In this document: one piece after another, positions 26,172-42,205 of the stretch
How the letters are laid out: the number at the start of each line of letters is the position of its first letter
How positions within the stretch are numbered: position 1 is the first letter of the stretch
DNA from: the human T2T-CHM13v2.0 reference genome, Homo sapiens
NCBI RefSeq assembly: GCF_009914755.1
Contig: NC_060929.1
DNA length: 64,000 nt
Strand: one strand, 5' to 3'
Notes under the pieces: model-generated
The model's input: the letters and a program-made list of their open reading frames with translations, nothing else
Databases searched by the model: none
Told to the model about the DNA's origin: nothing
Position numbers and translations under genes: made by a program

Positions 26172-26249
26172 AACATAGCCTTTAGAAAACAAAGTATACA
26201 AGCATTCAAGTAAAATAACATGTTATTACTTAGAATTATAATATCAAAT

Positions 26250-26440
26250 ACAGCTTCATAAAGCACCCTCACAAAAATTATCTCATTTGAGTCTCACGAT
26301 TACCCTGTGAGGTACTACTATCATTCCTATTTTACAGATGAAAAAAGTAAAGCTAAGAAAGATTTGACTTATCCAAGGTTACTTGGCTAGCAAATAATAA
26401 AGTGAAGATGCCAATACATGTGTTCTAATACCATACCTTA
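26250..26440 (-). mobile_element. MIR SINE
   Basis: tctcatttgagtctcacgattaccctgtgagg...cctattttacagatgaaaaaagtaaag...gacttatccaaggttac. Confidence 0.75.
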
Positions 26441-28848
26441 TATTTTTCTTACTATAATGAGTCTTTTTATTTCACACTCAGATCTTTTCTAAGATGAAAT
26501 ATTATTCACTCAACAACAATTCAAATGAAGAACTCCAATAAGAATTAGATAAGAAATAACAAAATAAAGGCATCCTTAATTTAACATTAAACAAATTATC
26601 ATGAAACAATTTAATGAAAATAAATCCCATTTTCCATACTTAAAATCATATGATTCCTAGTAGCAAGATTTTCATTTTCCTTACTTAGTGTCCATAAATA
26701 CATTCTTAATTCAAATAATGAGAAAAAAGAGGTAGGAAGGCCTATACGGAAGGCCTATACCCAAAGGATTATCCTATGACCCTGCCAGGCAGAGAAGTAG
26801 ATCATCCAGGAAACAAGTAAATTACGATCCAGCCGGTGTAAAAGCTATACCAAAAATCTGATTTAAAAACCTCTATTGGTCCACCTCCTATGAACATTTT
26901 TAAAGAGGTTCACCACCACCTACATTATTAGCAATATTAGGCTAGGCATATTACATCGAAGATCATTTCCAATGTGGGATGCTCCTAACTCTTGGTTCTC
27001 CATTGTCACTGTTTGTCCAAAAGCCAAAAACTATCTGTTTCAGAAAAACACAGATTTTAAAATAGGCATCTATAGGAATTAGATGGTATGCAATTTTAGG
27101 AAGCAACATATTTACCAAAAGACTAAATACAATATCTGCAAAGCAGAAAGTATGTTAAGGAAAGTTAACTCATGAGTTACTAGAGCAAGAGATTTTACAA
27201 AGCTATCCTTAAACAGAATGAGAGACTCAGACAAAAAAAAAAAATGGAAGGAATAAAGGTCGTACCTTTGCTCATCTGTGACAAAGCTCTCTCTTTGGTC
27301 ATGTCTGTGGCATAACTACAGCCACTATAAAATAATAAGTTAAAAAATGTATTAGAGAAGGTAAAAAGAAAAAAATAAAAAACAATGTGAAAATAAATAT
27401 TTGAGGAAAAAATTTAAGTATTTTAAAATAATAAATATAAAAAATTTAAAAGGGAAAATTAAAATAGAAACAGAAGTCCTTAGAGATTTCCTTCTACAAT
27501 AAACGGAAAAATTTTAAACAATCAGCATATACATGACAACATGAAACTTTAAAACAGTGTTAACATGTTGATGTATACAACAGAATAAGTCTGTAAGAAG
27601 CAAGAAATAAAAAGATACTGAGAACACAACAAAAAAAGAAAACTATAGCCCAATATCCCTCATAAGCATAGACGCAAAAATTCTCAAAAAGACACAAGCA
27701 AACTAAATTCAACAGCACATTAAAAAGATCATTCATTCTGATCAGGTGGGATTCATCGTAGAGATGCAAAACAGTAAATGTGATATACCACATTAACAGA
27801 AAGACAGACAAAAACTATAAAATCTTTTCAATAGATGCAGAAAAGCATTTGACAAAATTCAACTTCTCTCCATGATAAAAACTCTCAACATATTAAATAT
27901 ACAAGACACTTAAACACAATAAAGGCCACATATGACAAACCTATGGCTAACATCATGCAAAAGATCAGGAAGAAGACAAGGATGCCTACTTTCACCACTT
28001 CTATTCAACATAATACTGAAAGTTCTAAGTAGAGCAATTAGACAAGAGAAAGAAATAAAAGACATGCAAACTGGAAAGGAGGAAGTAAAACTGTTTGCAT
28101 ATGACATGATCTTATATATAGAAAACCCTAAAGACTCCACCAAAAAAATTGTTAGAATAAATGAATTCAGTAAAGTTGCAGGATACAAAATCCACATACA
28201 AAAATCAGCATAATTTCTATATGCTAATAGTGAACTATGTGAAAAAAACATAGAAAACAATTCCATTTCCAATAGCTACCAAAAAGTAAGATACCTAGGA
28301 ATAACCTTAACCAAGGAAGTGAAAGATCCCTACACTGCAAACTATAAAGCACTGATGAAAGAAATTGAAGAGGACACAAATAAATGGAAAGATATCCCAT
28401 GTTCATAGACTGGAAGAATATTGTTAAAACTGTCATACTACCCAAAGTGATCTGCAGGTTTAATGCAATACCTGTCAAAATACCAATGACATTTTTCATG
28501 GAAATAGAAAAAAAAATCCTGAAATTCATACAGAATCACAAAAACTCCAAATAGCAAAAGCAATCCTTAGCATAAAGAACAAAGCTGGAAGCATCACACT
28601 ATCTGACTTCAAAATATACTACAAAGCTATAATAACCAAAACAGCATGGTACTGGCATAAAAATAGATAAATAAATCAATGAAACAGATTAGAGAGCCAA
28701 GAAATAAATTTATGTACCTACAGCCAACTGATTTTCAACAAAGGCACAAAGAATAAACATTACAAAAAAGACAATGTCTTCAATAAATGATGATGAGAAA
28801 ACTGAATATCCATATGTAGAAGAATGAGAATAGATATCTACCTCTCAT

Positions 28849-29214
28849 TGATATGGTTTGGCTCTGTGTCCTCACCCAAATCTCATCTTGTAGCTCCCAT
28901 AATTCCCACGTGTTGTGGAAGGGACCTGGTGGGAGATGATTGAATCATGGGAGTGGGTCTTTCCTGTGCTGTTCTCGAGATAGTGAGTGGGTCTCATGAG
29001 ATCTGATGGTTTTAAAAATGGGAGTTTCTCTGCACAAGCTCTCTTTTTGCCTGCTGCCATCCAGGTAAGACATGACTTGCTCCTCCTTGCCTTTCGCTAT
29101 GATTGTGAGGCCTCCGCAGCCATGTGGAACTGTAAGTCCAATAAACCTCTTTATTTCATCAATTGCCCAGTCTCAGGTATTTCTTTATCAACAGTGTGAA
29201 AATGGACTAATACA
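28849..29214 (+). mobile_element. THE1A solo LTR (MaLR)
   Basis: tgatatggtttggct...aatggactaataca, 366 bp; perfect 5-bp TSD ctcat (28844-28848 / 29215-29219). Confidence 0.9.
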
Positions 29215-29882
29215 CTCATCATGTACAAAAATCAGCTCAAAATGGATTAGACTTAACTATAAAATCCAAACCATGAAATTATTAGAAGAAAATATAGGGG
29301 AGATGCTTATGGCATTGGGCTGGACAGGAATTTTTTAAATAAGACCTTAAACATATAGGCAACAAAAGCAAAAATACACAAATGAGATTACATCAAACTA
29401 AGATGCTTTTACACAGCAAAGGAAACAATTAACAGAGTGAAGAAACAAATATTCTCCTATTCTCCTACAGAATAGGAGAAAATATTTGCATATTGTACCT
29501 CTGACAAGGGGTTAATATCCAGAATATATAAGGAACTTAACAACAACAAAAAACTCAATTTTAAAATGGGCAAAAGACCTTAATAGACATTTCTCAAAAG
29601 ACAACATACAAATGGTCAATAGGTATATGAAAAAATGCTCAATATCACTAATCAGTAGGGAAATGCATATCAAAACCACTATGAGATACCACCTCACTTC
29701 AGTTAGAATGACTATTTTCAAAAAGACAAAAGAAAACTAGTATTGGCAAGGATGTGGAAGAAAAGAAACACACTGTTAACAGGATTGTAAATTAGTAGTC
29801 ATTATAAAAAAGAGTATGGTGGTTCTTTAAAAATCTTAAAATAGAACTACCATATGATCCAGCAATCCCACTACTGGATATA

Positions 29883-31433
<1,551 letters not shown>

Positions 31434-33872
31434 CTATGTATTCAACAACAGATGAATGGATAAAGACAATGTGGTATATATACATAATGGAATACTAATC
31501 GTCCATTAAAAAAATAAAATCCTGTCATTTGTGACAACATGGATGAACCTGGAGGACATCAAGTTAAGTGAAATAAGCCAGACACAGAAAGACAAATACC
31601 ACATGATCTCACTCATATGCTGAATCTTCAAAAAAAATTATAGAGGCAGAGAGAACAGTGGTTACCAGAGACTGGAGAGGGATCAGGGGAAGGAGGGAAT
31701 GGAGGATGGGAAGAGGTTGGTCAATGGGTGCAAAGTTACAATTAGACAAGGGGAAAAAATTCTTGTGTTCTATTACACAGTAAGGTAACTATGGTTAACA
31801 TTAAGGTATTCTCTATTACAAACAGCAAGAAGAGAGGCCTTTGACTGTTCTCACCACAAAGAAATGATAAAGGTATGAGATGATGGATACACTAAGTAAC
31901 CTGATTGGATGATTATACAACAAATATATCATATTGTACCCCATAAACATATATAATTATAATGTGTCAATTAAATTTTAATTTAACTAAATAAGAGACA
32001 GAAAGGAATAAAAAATAAAGCAGTGTCAGTGTCTCAAGATACTAAGACAACCTATGTGAATTAGCCCAAGATAAGCCTACCATGTACAACAAAAAAGCAA
32101 ATCACTTGGCTCCTAGAATATGCCTCATGACCACAAGTGCAACTCAGGGATCTTGATTAACTCAATAAATTTCTATGTGATCAGTTTATTCTCAATGTTT
32201 TAAAATCATCACCAGTATCATTTCAAAAATTTTATACTACAGTTGTCACTGGTTTTATAAATATGCAAAAATGATGTTGTTTGGGGATCTGGGGATAAAT
32301 GTGTCATGAAAAAGAAAATAGAGAATCACTAATGTTGAATACTCTCTTTGAATGGAAGGAATATGTCTGATGAGTGTCTGTCACCTGTTTAAAAAGAAAA
32401 AAAGTAAGATCTTTCAGAGTAGTCCTGAGATCTGTTCTCCAAAAAGATGTTTCTGGTTTCTGTTTCCTTTTCTTTCTTTGTATTTCAAGGGCTGTAGCTC
32501 ACTCTGCTTGCAAAGCCCATCATTCTTTGCAGCTCTAGTATTTCACCCAATAGGCTCAAGGGGCTATTCTCATGGAATCTTATCTGCTTGCCAGCATCCA
32601 TTTACTTTTCTGACATTCCAGCACTAAAAATTGCTTTGAAGCCTTCAGTGTTTCCTCTATAATGCAAATAGATAGAGGTAGTTTTAACATGATTTTTGAC
32701 ACTTAATTCAAAAGTGACCTGTTATGGTTTTAGTGGAGTTGTGCTAAAAATCTAAAACAGGAACATATCCTAGAAATGTGCAAGCCAAGATAAAGAAGAA
32801 TTTTTCCCTTCAAAAAAAATTTAAAACACACACACAAAAAAACACACACAAGTGTACACTTTGCCACTGGAAAATACAATAAAATTGTGGTACAGCTGAA
32901 ATTGAGAGACTCTGGGGGAGAAAAAGCATGCGAACACCAATACAAAAAAATGGTCACTCCGTTCTACTGTGCAAGTACATGAGTGCTTATGATGACACAC
33001 ATATTACTGGTTTGATAGAAGAAAATGACTTTTTACTTATAACAGTTTAAAAATTAATGCTTCAAAACACTTTCCAACGTTAGCCCTCACTTTTTCTTTT
33101 CTCCTGCCTCAGGTTTCCCTAACCACCTCTAAGTGTCACCTTCTACCTGCAGATTCTGTCCTACCCTTGTATTTGAGTTAATTTTGACTGAGGTAAGAAA
33201 TACACAACTGCTTTAAAGCACACTTCATGTGTCTCTTACCATTTGGTCTTTCACCACATTGAGGTAGGAGGGGTAAATTGGAAGGAGGTGAGAATGGTAA
33301 ATACAATCAATTGGTTTCCATGGTGTCTCCCAAGCTTCACTCCTCCCATGTGATAAGCAGGCCCACCATAAAGTTTCTGAGGCTTCCTTTGCCTCTCCTG
33401 TATTCCAGTCAGAATAAATGAGTTCTCACTATACTTTTTCCTCCTGGGAACAACAGTATGTTAAGCCATGGTCTTTCAGTCTCCCTCAATGGAAATCAAT
33501 AACCCTAATCCTGATAGCTGTGGTCTTAAACCTAGTGGCTATGCCTCCTCCCTAAATGTATCAATGGACTTCTTCCTATATGACTGCTCTCTTAAATTGG
33601 AATCACCAACTCAGTTTCTTACTGCTTGGTTGGTATACCTGTGGGGACTTTGCAACTTTACCCTGGATCCCCTGAACAACAGTTTTTACTCAAAGTATAA
33701 CTGGATATAATCGAAAATTTGAACATCAGCACCATTGTCCCTCAAACCTTCCACTACCCCTTTATTAGGACAGCAACCTTTCCACCTGTCCTGCTTGAGA
33801 AATGAAACCTATTGTCAGCCCTGGCCTCTCCATCCTGTATGAGCTACCCAACCAGACTGACTCAATAACAAG

Positions 33873-34188
33873 CAGGGCAGGAATCAAATAAGGAAAGCAA
33901 GACACTCACATTGGTGCAAATTTAAGGGGGTGTCAAAAAAAAACTCAGCAAACACATTAAATAATATTTTAATGCAATGTTTTAAACAATCAAAATTAAT
34001 GTAAAAATCTACAATGAACAAGAGATCAAAATTTTAAATATTATTACTTATTTTTCTTTTTGCCTCAGGTTCCAATATGGCAAAGTACTTTTAGTGATTC
34101 TGTCTTTATTTAAAGTTTTGACATTTTATTCATTGTGCATTTTGTGTGAGGCAAATGCCTTGCGCATCTCACCTTAGTCCTGACCCTG
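33873..34188. mobile_element. MER96B-like hAT MITE
   Basis: TIR ends cagggc...accctg, internal AT-rich inverted arms; imperfect 8-bp TSD ataacaag / ccaacaag. Confidence 0.7.
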
Positions 34189-34389
34189 CCAACAAGTACC
34201 AGGGTAAAACATACTAGATGAAAAATGTGACCTTGATAGTAATACTCATGAAGAACAAAAACTGGCTTAGAAAATTTTCTGTAATTGGAATGTAAAATTT
34301 GAAATAAATTACTTAGTATGAAATAAAACCTGTGAAAGTATGACAACTTATTAAGACCTAAAAATTTTTAAATTATAAACTATCTTCTT

Positions 34390-35740
34390 GAACTTCTATT
34401 TTCAGTAATGGAAGGTTAGGTTATTTGGACCTTGGCATTATTGATATTTGGGGCTATGTAATTTGTTTGTTGTTGGGGGTGGCCTGTGCATTATAGTAAG
34501 ATCAACAGCATTGCCGGTCTCTCCCCACCAGATGACAGTAGTTCCCCCAACCCCAGTTCTAACAACTAAAACATCTCCAAACATTATCAAATGTCCCCTA
34601 GGGGAAAAAAATCATCCCCAGTTGAAAACCACTAGTTGAGGCCATTCCTCCTGCTAAAAACTGAAAATGCAGAATTTTTTTAAATGCAATCACTTAAAGC
34701 ACTAAGCTGACAAGATAATGGGGAACTGTCATGCCAAATCCTGGGTGAAGTAAAAAACCCAAGTTTACCTTTCTGGTAAGAAGAATATCGAACACCTAAG
34801 CCAATTTGCCTTGAGGACATTTGCCTGTTGGCAAATTTAAGCTTCAATTCTGAAACATCAAAGGCAAGGGGTTTAGAAATCAAGGCTCAAGATCCCATGT
34901 AAGGTGGCACATAGACCAGAAAACTCTCTCTGCATTAAGTTAGACCTCAAAGGGCTATACCTAGAATGAAACCTGCCGTCCTCATTTCCCACCCACCCCA
35001 AGGACTTCCATGAAGGTTGTCTGGACACTAAGAGGAGCAGAGGAGGAAAGAAAAGAGAAATGGCAAAGGAGGGAAACATCTGTCTAAAAATCTTTGGCCA
35101 CAGCCTGGCCCTCATTAGGATTTACTGACCAGGTTCTCATCACCTTGATTGATTGCGGAATTTCAAGCTAAGATTTTGGTTGAAATGATCCCAAGATCCT
35201 CGGCAAAAGCAAATGCAAATTATTCCTAAAAGTTATCTTCATTTAAGCCTCCAGGACTCTCCAAATAATTTTGCAAGGGCAGTAAGAAAGATAACCAAGC
35301 ATACAAGGAAACAAAGCAACATGGGCAAAAACATGCATAATTACAGGACAACTGAAACAGACCTACTAAGACTTCAGATATTAGAATTATCAGACACAAA
35401 TTATAAAACTACACTTGCGTATTTAAAAAATTAAATGGCATGATTGAAAATATCTCCAGGGATAGGAAACTACAAAAAAAATGGAAAAGTAATTTGAGAA
35501 AGAGTCAAATGAAATTTCTAGAAATGAAAACACAATGACTGAAATTTAAAACTCAATGTATTGCATTTGCAGCAGATCAGACCCAGAAAATGACAGAACT
35601 AGTGAACTGGAGGGCAGATAAGAAAAAAAAAATGACTCAGAGAGTAGCCTAGGAACCAGCATGCATGAAATGGTGAGAAAATCTAATATATGTTTACTCT
35701 TGAGTTCCAGAAGGACAGAAGAAAGAATATTTGTGGAAGC
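34390..35740 (+). mobile_element. Ancient L1M/HAL1-type 5' region and ORF1 remnant
   Basis: Decayed ORF1-like A-rich sequence (attagaattatcagacacaaattataaa; gaaatttctagaaatgaaaacacaatgactgaaattt; agtgaactggagggcaga). Confidence 0.6.
34428..34635 (-). mobile_element. MER20 (hAT-Charlie)
   Basis: ccccagttctaacaactaaaacatctccaaacattatcaaatgtcccctagggg...ccagttgaaaaccact. Confidence 0.8.
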
Positions 35741-35744
35741 AAAC

Positions 35745-35985
35745 TCATATTTTATCAATGGTAACTTACAAACTTTTTTAACATCTCTGAAATCAAGACA
35801 CATCTCAAAACTGACAGTTTCTTATAATTACTGTTGGCCAGGCAGCAATCATAATGTATTTGTGCTATTCATGTTATCCTCACTTCAGCTGACTTATGTA
35901 CATTATTGGTAGTAAATAAGTTGAGTTTAATTGTTGCTTAAAATGTCTTCCAATACTATGATTCAGCATTGAGAAGTTGTTGCGA
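35745..35985 (+). mobile_element. Tigger13-like fragment
   Basis: ttttaacatctctgaaatc...ggccaggcagc...gttgagtttaattg...aatgtcttc...ctatgattcagcattga. Confidence 0.55.
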
Positions 35986-36722
35986 TATGTATTGCACTTC
36001 CAAAAAGTTTGTTAAAAGTGTATATACAAAGGCCCACAGTCTGACATTAGTGAAGAAAATACTTGTAATTGAAGTCATGGCCACAGTTCAATGGTCATTA
36101 GATTCCTGCAAAGCAAGAAAAGAGAAATGGGAAAGGAGGGACTAAGTACTTAACAGGACCTAAGAAATGAAAATATTTGAGACTCTAGCTCAAAAAATAA
36201 AATAAAATATTTTTATACAAAGTTAATTTAAAACTAAAGATAAGTGGGAACTCAGTAATTAAATGAACAAATATAGAACATGATTATATGAGGAACCATA
36301 GATCAGGAAATTAATAAAAGTGAAAACTAATTTTCACAATGAGCTCACAGGCAGCCAAGACAAAAAGGCAAATGGTGCATTACAGTCATTTGTCAAAAGT
36401 TGCATAATCATTAGAAGACAGAAACTTTCATTAACGCTAAATTATTATAAAAACTAGCATGGATTCTATTATGCCATAGAATATATAATTATATGGGTTG
36501 GCACATTATATAATTTAATCTTGGAGAAGAAACAGACATCTCAAAATAGTTGACTTTACACAGCCTGCTATTATTTTTGAGTCCCCAGGCAGCATACTCT
36601 GAAGAATTTCCAATAATCTTAATAAATTATATGAAATCCTAATCTTAAAGTCTTAATCTTAAATATAAAATTAGAGTAATTGTTAGTAATTTGTAATAGC
36701 CATGCAAAAAAATGAGTTATTC

Positions 36723-37040
<318 letters not shown>

Positions 37041-37224
37041 CTAATCTAATAACATCAATGATATCAGAAATTATAAGAATGACTACAAAGAGTTTGCACC
37101 TATGGGGGGCTTTTGATAAGAAAAAGTATACATGAAGAGATGGATTGGATATTAAAGACTTAGTAGGAGCAGTGTGAGGACAGTTTAGCAGGGCCAGAAG
37201 CAGGGAGGAACACTTAAGTCCCTA

Positions 37225-37520
37225 TAGAGTTAAGATGGGTTACACCGTTTAATAACAAACATCCCATAATGTCCACGGCTTAGTACAACAAAAATTTATT
37301 TCTCACTTAATGCTATGTGCACAAAATTCATCAATGAGGGTTTATACTTCATATTCACTTAAGAACCAAGGCTGACAGAGGTTCTGCTATTTTGTGGATA
37401 CACCATAAAGTACTGGTGACCTACCCCCAGTCCCCCACAATCCCATCACCCTACAAAGTGGCTAGAAAAATAGAGGAGTACTTGGTTATTTGACAAGCAT
37501 TAAGTATCTCTGTAACTATT
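37225..37520. mobile_element. Old ERVL/MaLR-type LTR fragment
   Basis: taacaaacatccc...ggcttagtacaacaaaaatttatttctcactta resembles ancient LTR ends. Confidence 0.4.
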
Positions 37521-38059
37521 CCCAGCTATTAGTGTTTCTGTACCACAAAATGACTTAATGTTTTGGAAGAGTCACAAAATAGAAACATCCACTATCTCTA
37601 AGGCCAAATTCATTTTACTCTATGCTAAACTTCTATTAAGTAATAAAAGGCAGTAGGTGGGCATTAATCCACACTTTTGCCTCTTAGGCAAATTGCTCTT
37701 TTTCTCTTCCTTCTCTCACACTTTTACTGCTGTGCATTTCTTTAAACATTAGTCATTTTTTGGCCCAAGCCTGGATACACTGTAATACTTTCCTAGCACC
37801 TACTTAACCTACTCTTCTTTTGTTGTTAATTTCATTAATTTTGCCTTAACCTCAGTTGTTAAACATTTCATTCTACCCACATAATTCACATAATAATTCT
37901 CATACTACTTGGGAGACAAAGTCAGTCAAATAAATTCACTTGTCGTTACCAAAAGAGATCATAGGAAATTTCATCCACGGAAGTCTAGGAATCTCTTTAC
38001 ACAGACAAGAGGCTATCCCAAGGGATCCAGGAGCCTTGCTAAGAAGTTTTATATAGAGA

Positions 38060-38290
38060 CAACCTGAGTGGGATAGGAAAAAATCATGGTCTTCAGATTC
38101 GGACAGACTGAGTTTGAGTTCCTGCTCCTTCACTTAGTGGTTGTATAACTGTGGGCAAGTTAATTAACCTCTCCGAACTTCAGTTTCCTCCTCTCTAAAA
38201 TGAAACTATGAATACAGGAATCAGAGAGAAGGTTTGTAAGGTATCTAGCATATAAGAAGTCTTAACTGAAAGAATTATTATTACTACTGT
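38060..38290 (+). mobile_element. MIR SINE
   Basis: gacagactgagtttgagttcctgctccttcacttag...gggcaagttaattaacctctccgaacttcagtttcctc. Confidence 0.8.
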
Positions 38291-38864
38291 ACATGGACTG
38301 AGCAATAAACAGAAAGGCAATGTAAACTGACACAGAAGGAGAGGAGTTTCTACTTATAGATTAAATAAAGGGCATGGTGCTTCAAATACTCAATGAACTC
38401 AAATATCAAAATTTTCCAAAACTCTTCTCAAAAATTTCTAGAAAGCAATATCAAAGAAATATAAATTATTTAAAGAGAAGGTTGACTATTTTATACATTG
38501 CAATTATCATAAGATTTATGTAATAAAAATTTACATGAAGCAAGTCAGAGGGAAATGGTTTTTTCATTGGGTTAACAACCACATTTTGCCTCTTTCCTAG
38601 GCATCAACTCTAATCAGTAAACTACAAAAGAATAGGGTCCATAAGTGCTTTTGCATGTCATTTTTTTTCATTACTGGCACATACAGAGCATTCAATAAAT
38701 ATTTGTTAATGAACAAATGGATGCCAGCTATTATCTCTGGAATTGATCGTTTTCGTTTCAAGGAAGTTGCCTAATATATTCTTTGATGATAGTTTGACAG
38801 TTTGACACTAGCCATTTCTGTGACTTGTGACATAAATAATGGGGGATGGGGGAGAATGACCAAC

Positions 38865-39311
38865 TGTGATGGTTAGTTTTATGGATCAATTTGGCTATGC
38901 TATAGTACTCACTTATTTAATCAAACACTAACCTAGATGTTACTGTGAAGTGTTGTGTAGATGTTGTTAATGTCTACAATTAGCTAACTTTAAGTAAAAG
39001 AGATTAACTTTTAATAATGTGAGTGGATCTTATCCCATGAGTTGAAGGCCTTAAGAGCAAAAACTGAGGGTCCTGGATGAGAAGAAATTCTGCCTTAAGA
39101 CTGCAGCATCACCTGCTGTGTGAGTTTCCAGCCTGCCAGCCTGCCCTACAGATTTCAGACTTGCCAGTCCCCACAATTGTGTGAGCCAATTTCTTAAAAT
39201 AAATCATATATGTGTGTGCGTGGGTGTGTGTATGTATATGCATATGCATATGTATATGCATATATATGTATTTTATTGGTTCCGTTCCTCTGGGGAACAC
39301 TGACTGATACA
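38865..39311 (+). mobile_element. MLT2D-like ERVL solo LTR
   Basis: tgtgatggttagttttatg...gactgataca; perfect 5-bp TSD ccaac (38860-38864 / 39312-39316); internal purine-pyrimidine microsatellite at 39206-39270. Confidence 0.85.
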
Positions 39312-40661
39312 CCAACAAAAGTGTACATTATTTGAGGCTTTAAAGTACTAGGTAGACATCAAAAGTAGAATGTACTAAATGCTATTACATGTCGCTGTAG
39401 ACCATTAGTTTTAACTAAAACAATGCCTTCTTTATGTTCTTCTTTGATATCAATATAAAATTACTGATTCCAGCCAACATCTATCACCATTAATGTCCAT
39501 GTCCCTTGAATCTCTTTGCATAATAATGTATACATTTCTCAGAATCAAAACCAAATATCATTGAATCCAATTAAAAGGGGGATCTAAAAGAATTATTTTA
39601 CATATTATCTATAATATCAACAGCAAGGAGGCCTAGAATAATACAAAATACACTTATGCTATTTTAGTGCTTATGTAATAAAAAGATATCATAATTCTGT
39701 ACTCCATACCTATTAATCTGTAGTTCCAACTTTTAGCATATGCCTAAGCAAGAGAAATAAAGAACTAACCAAATCCAGGCCAAGGAAGGATTTAACCAGA
39801 AATATTCAAAAGGGCCATAAATATTAATATACCAGATACTATTTAAAACCTGTTTATATCACCAGAATAGAAAATGTCAGTGTTAACATACAAAACTAGA
39901 ATAGGCATACCAATGTAATGTTGGTGATATGATGATATTGGTGTCAATGATATTGACAAATACAATATAAATTTATGTAATGTGAGACACTTGGACCATG
40001 TTACAAAAATGCAAATGTTATTGTCTTGCACATGTCAATCGGAAAAAGGGAGAGAGAATCAGTGTCAAGGGTTAAAATAAAAATCGTGGAACGTAAGGCT
40101 GGCAGATTTTATTTATACTGGACATCCTGACCACTTTACACACTTACTTAGAAAAGCAAAAACCAGAAATTCCTTCTTAAATATTTTCCTTCAGTTTTCC
40201 TGAAGGAAATCTCCAGATATTTCATTTCCTCTCTCAATGACTGTCCTATTACTAAATTGCTCAATGGGAGCAATTAAGCATCAAGTTGTACATCACAAAT
40301 GGAAACAACCTAGCAATCTATTTAATCAATATAAACAATCAAGCTAATTCAATCAATTTATGTGGTCAAAAAAAAATATTTTCTGTCTCCTGCTTTCCCC
40401 TGCTCTTCTTTCATTCCCACATCTATGGTCTAGTCACAGCAACAAAAGCCCATTTTACCATATATCGTTTACCTCAGTATGTCTACAGAAGAACAACAAT
40501 GCCTCTAGATTCCAAATGTCCAGCTATGTCAAAACGTAGAAAGTACAGAGTCAGACTGGAGAATGGCATTATTTTACAGCTCCAGTTCAGTTTATGGTTT
40601 TCTCACAAAACCTACTAAAGTTAAAAAAGACTTAAAGTTTTTTTCTATAATTAATAAACTG

Positions 40662-40975
<314 letters not shown>

Positions 40976-41743
40976 TAAACAAGTAAATTGATGCTTTGTC
41001 TCTCCATTTCTAATTCCTTAATTTCAATTATACCAGGGTATAACATATGTTAAAAACATATTTGGAGGATTAATAGTCATAATTTTTAAATGAATGTAAT
41101 AACTGATTATATATATAATTCATTGCCTAATCATGAATAAGACTTTAATCCCATAAAAGATGTTTAATAGCAATTTTAACTACTAAGCATAAAATTAATA
41201 GTGTTAGGGGATTGAAAATTAAATTTCAAGGTAGCCAAAGCATAAATTCAAGAACTTTAGATAATTTTAAAGAGAACAAAATACTAAGATAAAAAATTGC
41301 CATGTTTATACAACTATGTGTAACAACACATTGCTATTCTATACGTTCATATAAATTCAGAATATTACTCAGAAGGGATTTTTTATAAAATATATCCTTA
41401 TAAAGACAATGAAATAGCAAGAAAACAATTTTTAGCTCTAATAGAATAAATCTTATTCACAAAGGAAAACAAAGAAAGTAAGGGGAAAGGCACTGAAACT
41501 CTGAGGTACTAATTACTCTGCTTTTACATGGGGGTAAGTAAAGCAGTACAATTCTATGGTCCTTATATACACAAAGCTTCCATTAACTTTTGATGAGTCT
41601 GCCTTCATGAGAAACACAGAATTACTTTCTCATATACAATTTTTTTAATTAGTAAGAGGATCTCATAATGACACACAGTTCAGGCCCTACATTCCCATGC
41701 ATGAGAATTTTCAGTGAAGTGACTTCACTTTTACTAAGGGAAT

Positions 41744-41795
41744 GACTGAATTTTGTGCAGGATTCTCAAGACTGAATTTTGTGCAGGATTCTCAA
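41744..41795. repeat. Perfect 26-bp tandem duplication
   Basis: gactgaattttgtgcaggattctcaa x2 (41744-41769, 41770-41795). Confidence 0.95.
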
Positions 41796-41834
41796 ATTCT
41801 TAATATATCAATCACATTAAAGAGCGCCCATTTT

Positions 41835-42205
41835 CACATATACACCATGGAATACTATGCAGCCATAAAAAAGGATGGGTTCATGTCCTTTGCAGGGACA
41901 TGGATGAAGCTGGAAACCATCATTCTCAGCAAACTAACACAGGAACAGAAAACCAAACACTGCATGCTCTTACTCATAAGTGGGAGCTGAACAATGAGAA
42001 CACATGGACACAGGGAGGGGAACATCATACACCGGGGCCCTGTCGAGGGGTTGGGGGCAAGGGGAGGGATAGCATTAGGAGAAATACCTAATGTAAATGA
42101 CTGGTTAATGGGTGCAGCAAACCACCATGGCATGTGTATACCTATGTAACAAACCTGCATGTTCTGCACATGTATCCCAGAACTTAAAGTATAATTAAAA
42201 AAAAA
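41835..42205 (+). mobile_element. Heavily 5'-truncated L1PA (L1PA7/8-like) 3' end
   Basis: HIYTMEYYAAIKKD...3'UTR and A tail; 16-bp TSD aaagagcgcccatttt (41819-41834) / aaagagtgcccatttt (42206-42221); tt|aaag EN site. Confidence 0.92.

Noticed and set aside
39206-39270. Alternating purine-pyrimidine tract (Z-DNA/cruciform potential)
   Set aside because: This is the usual variable microsatellite position inside MLT2 LTRs.
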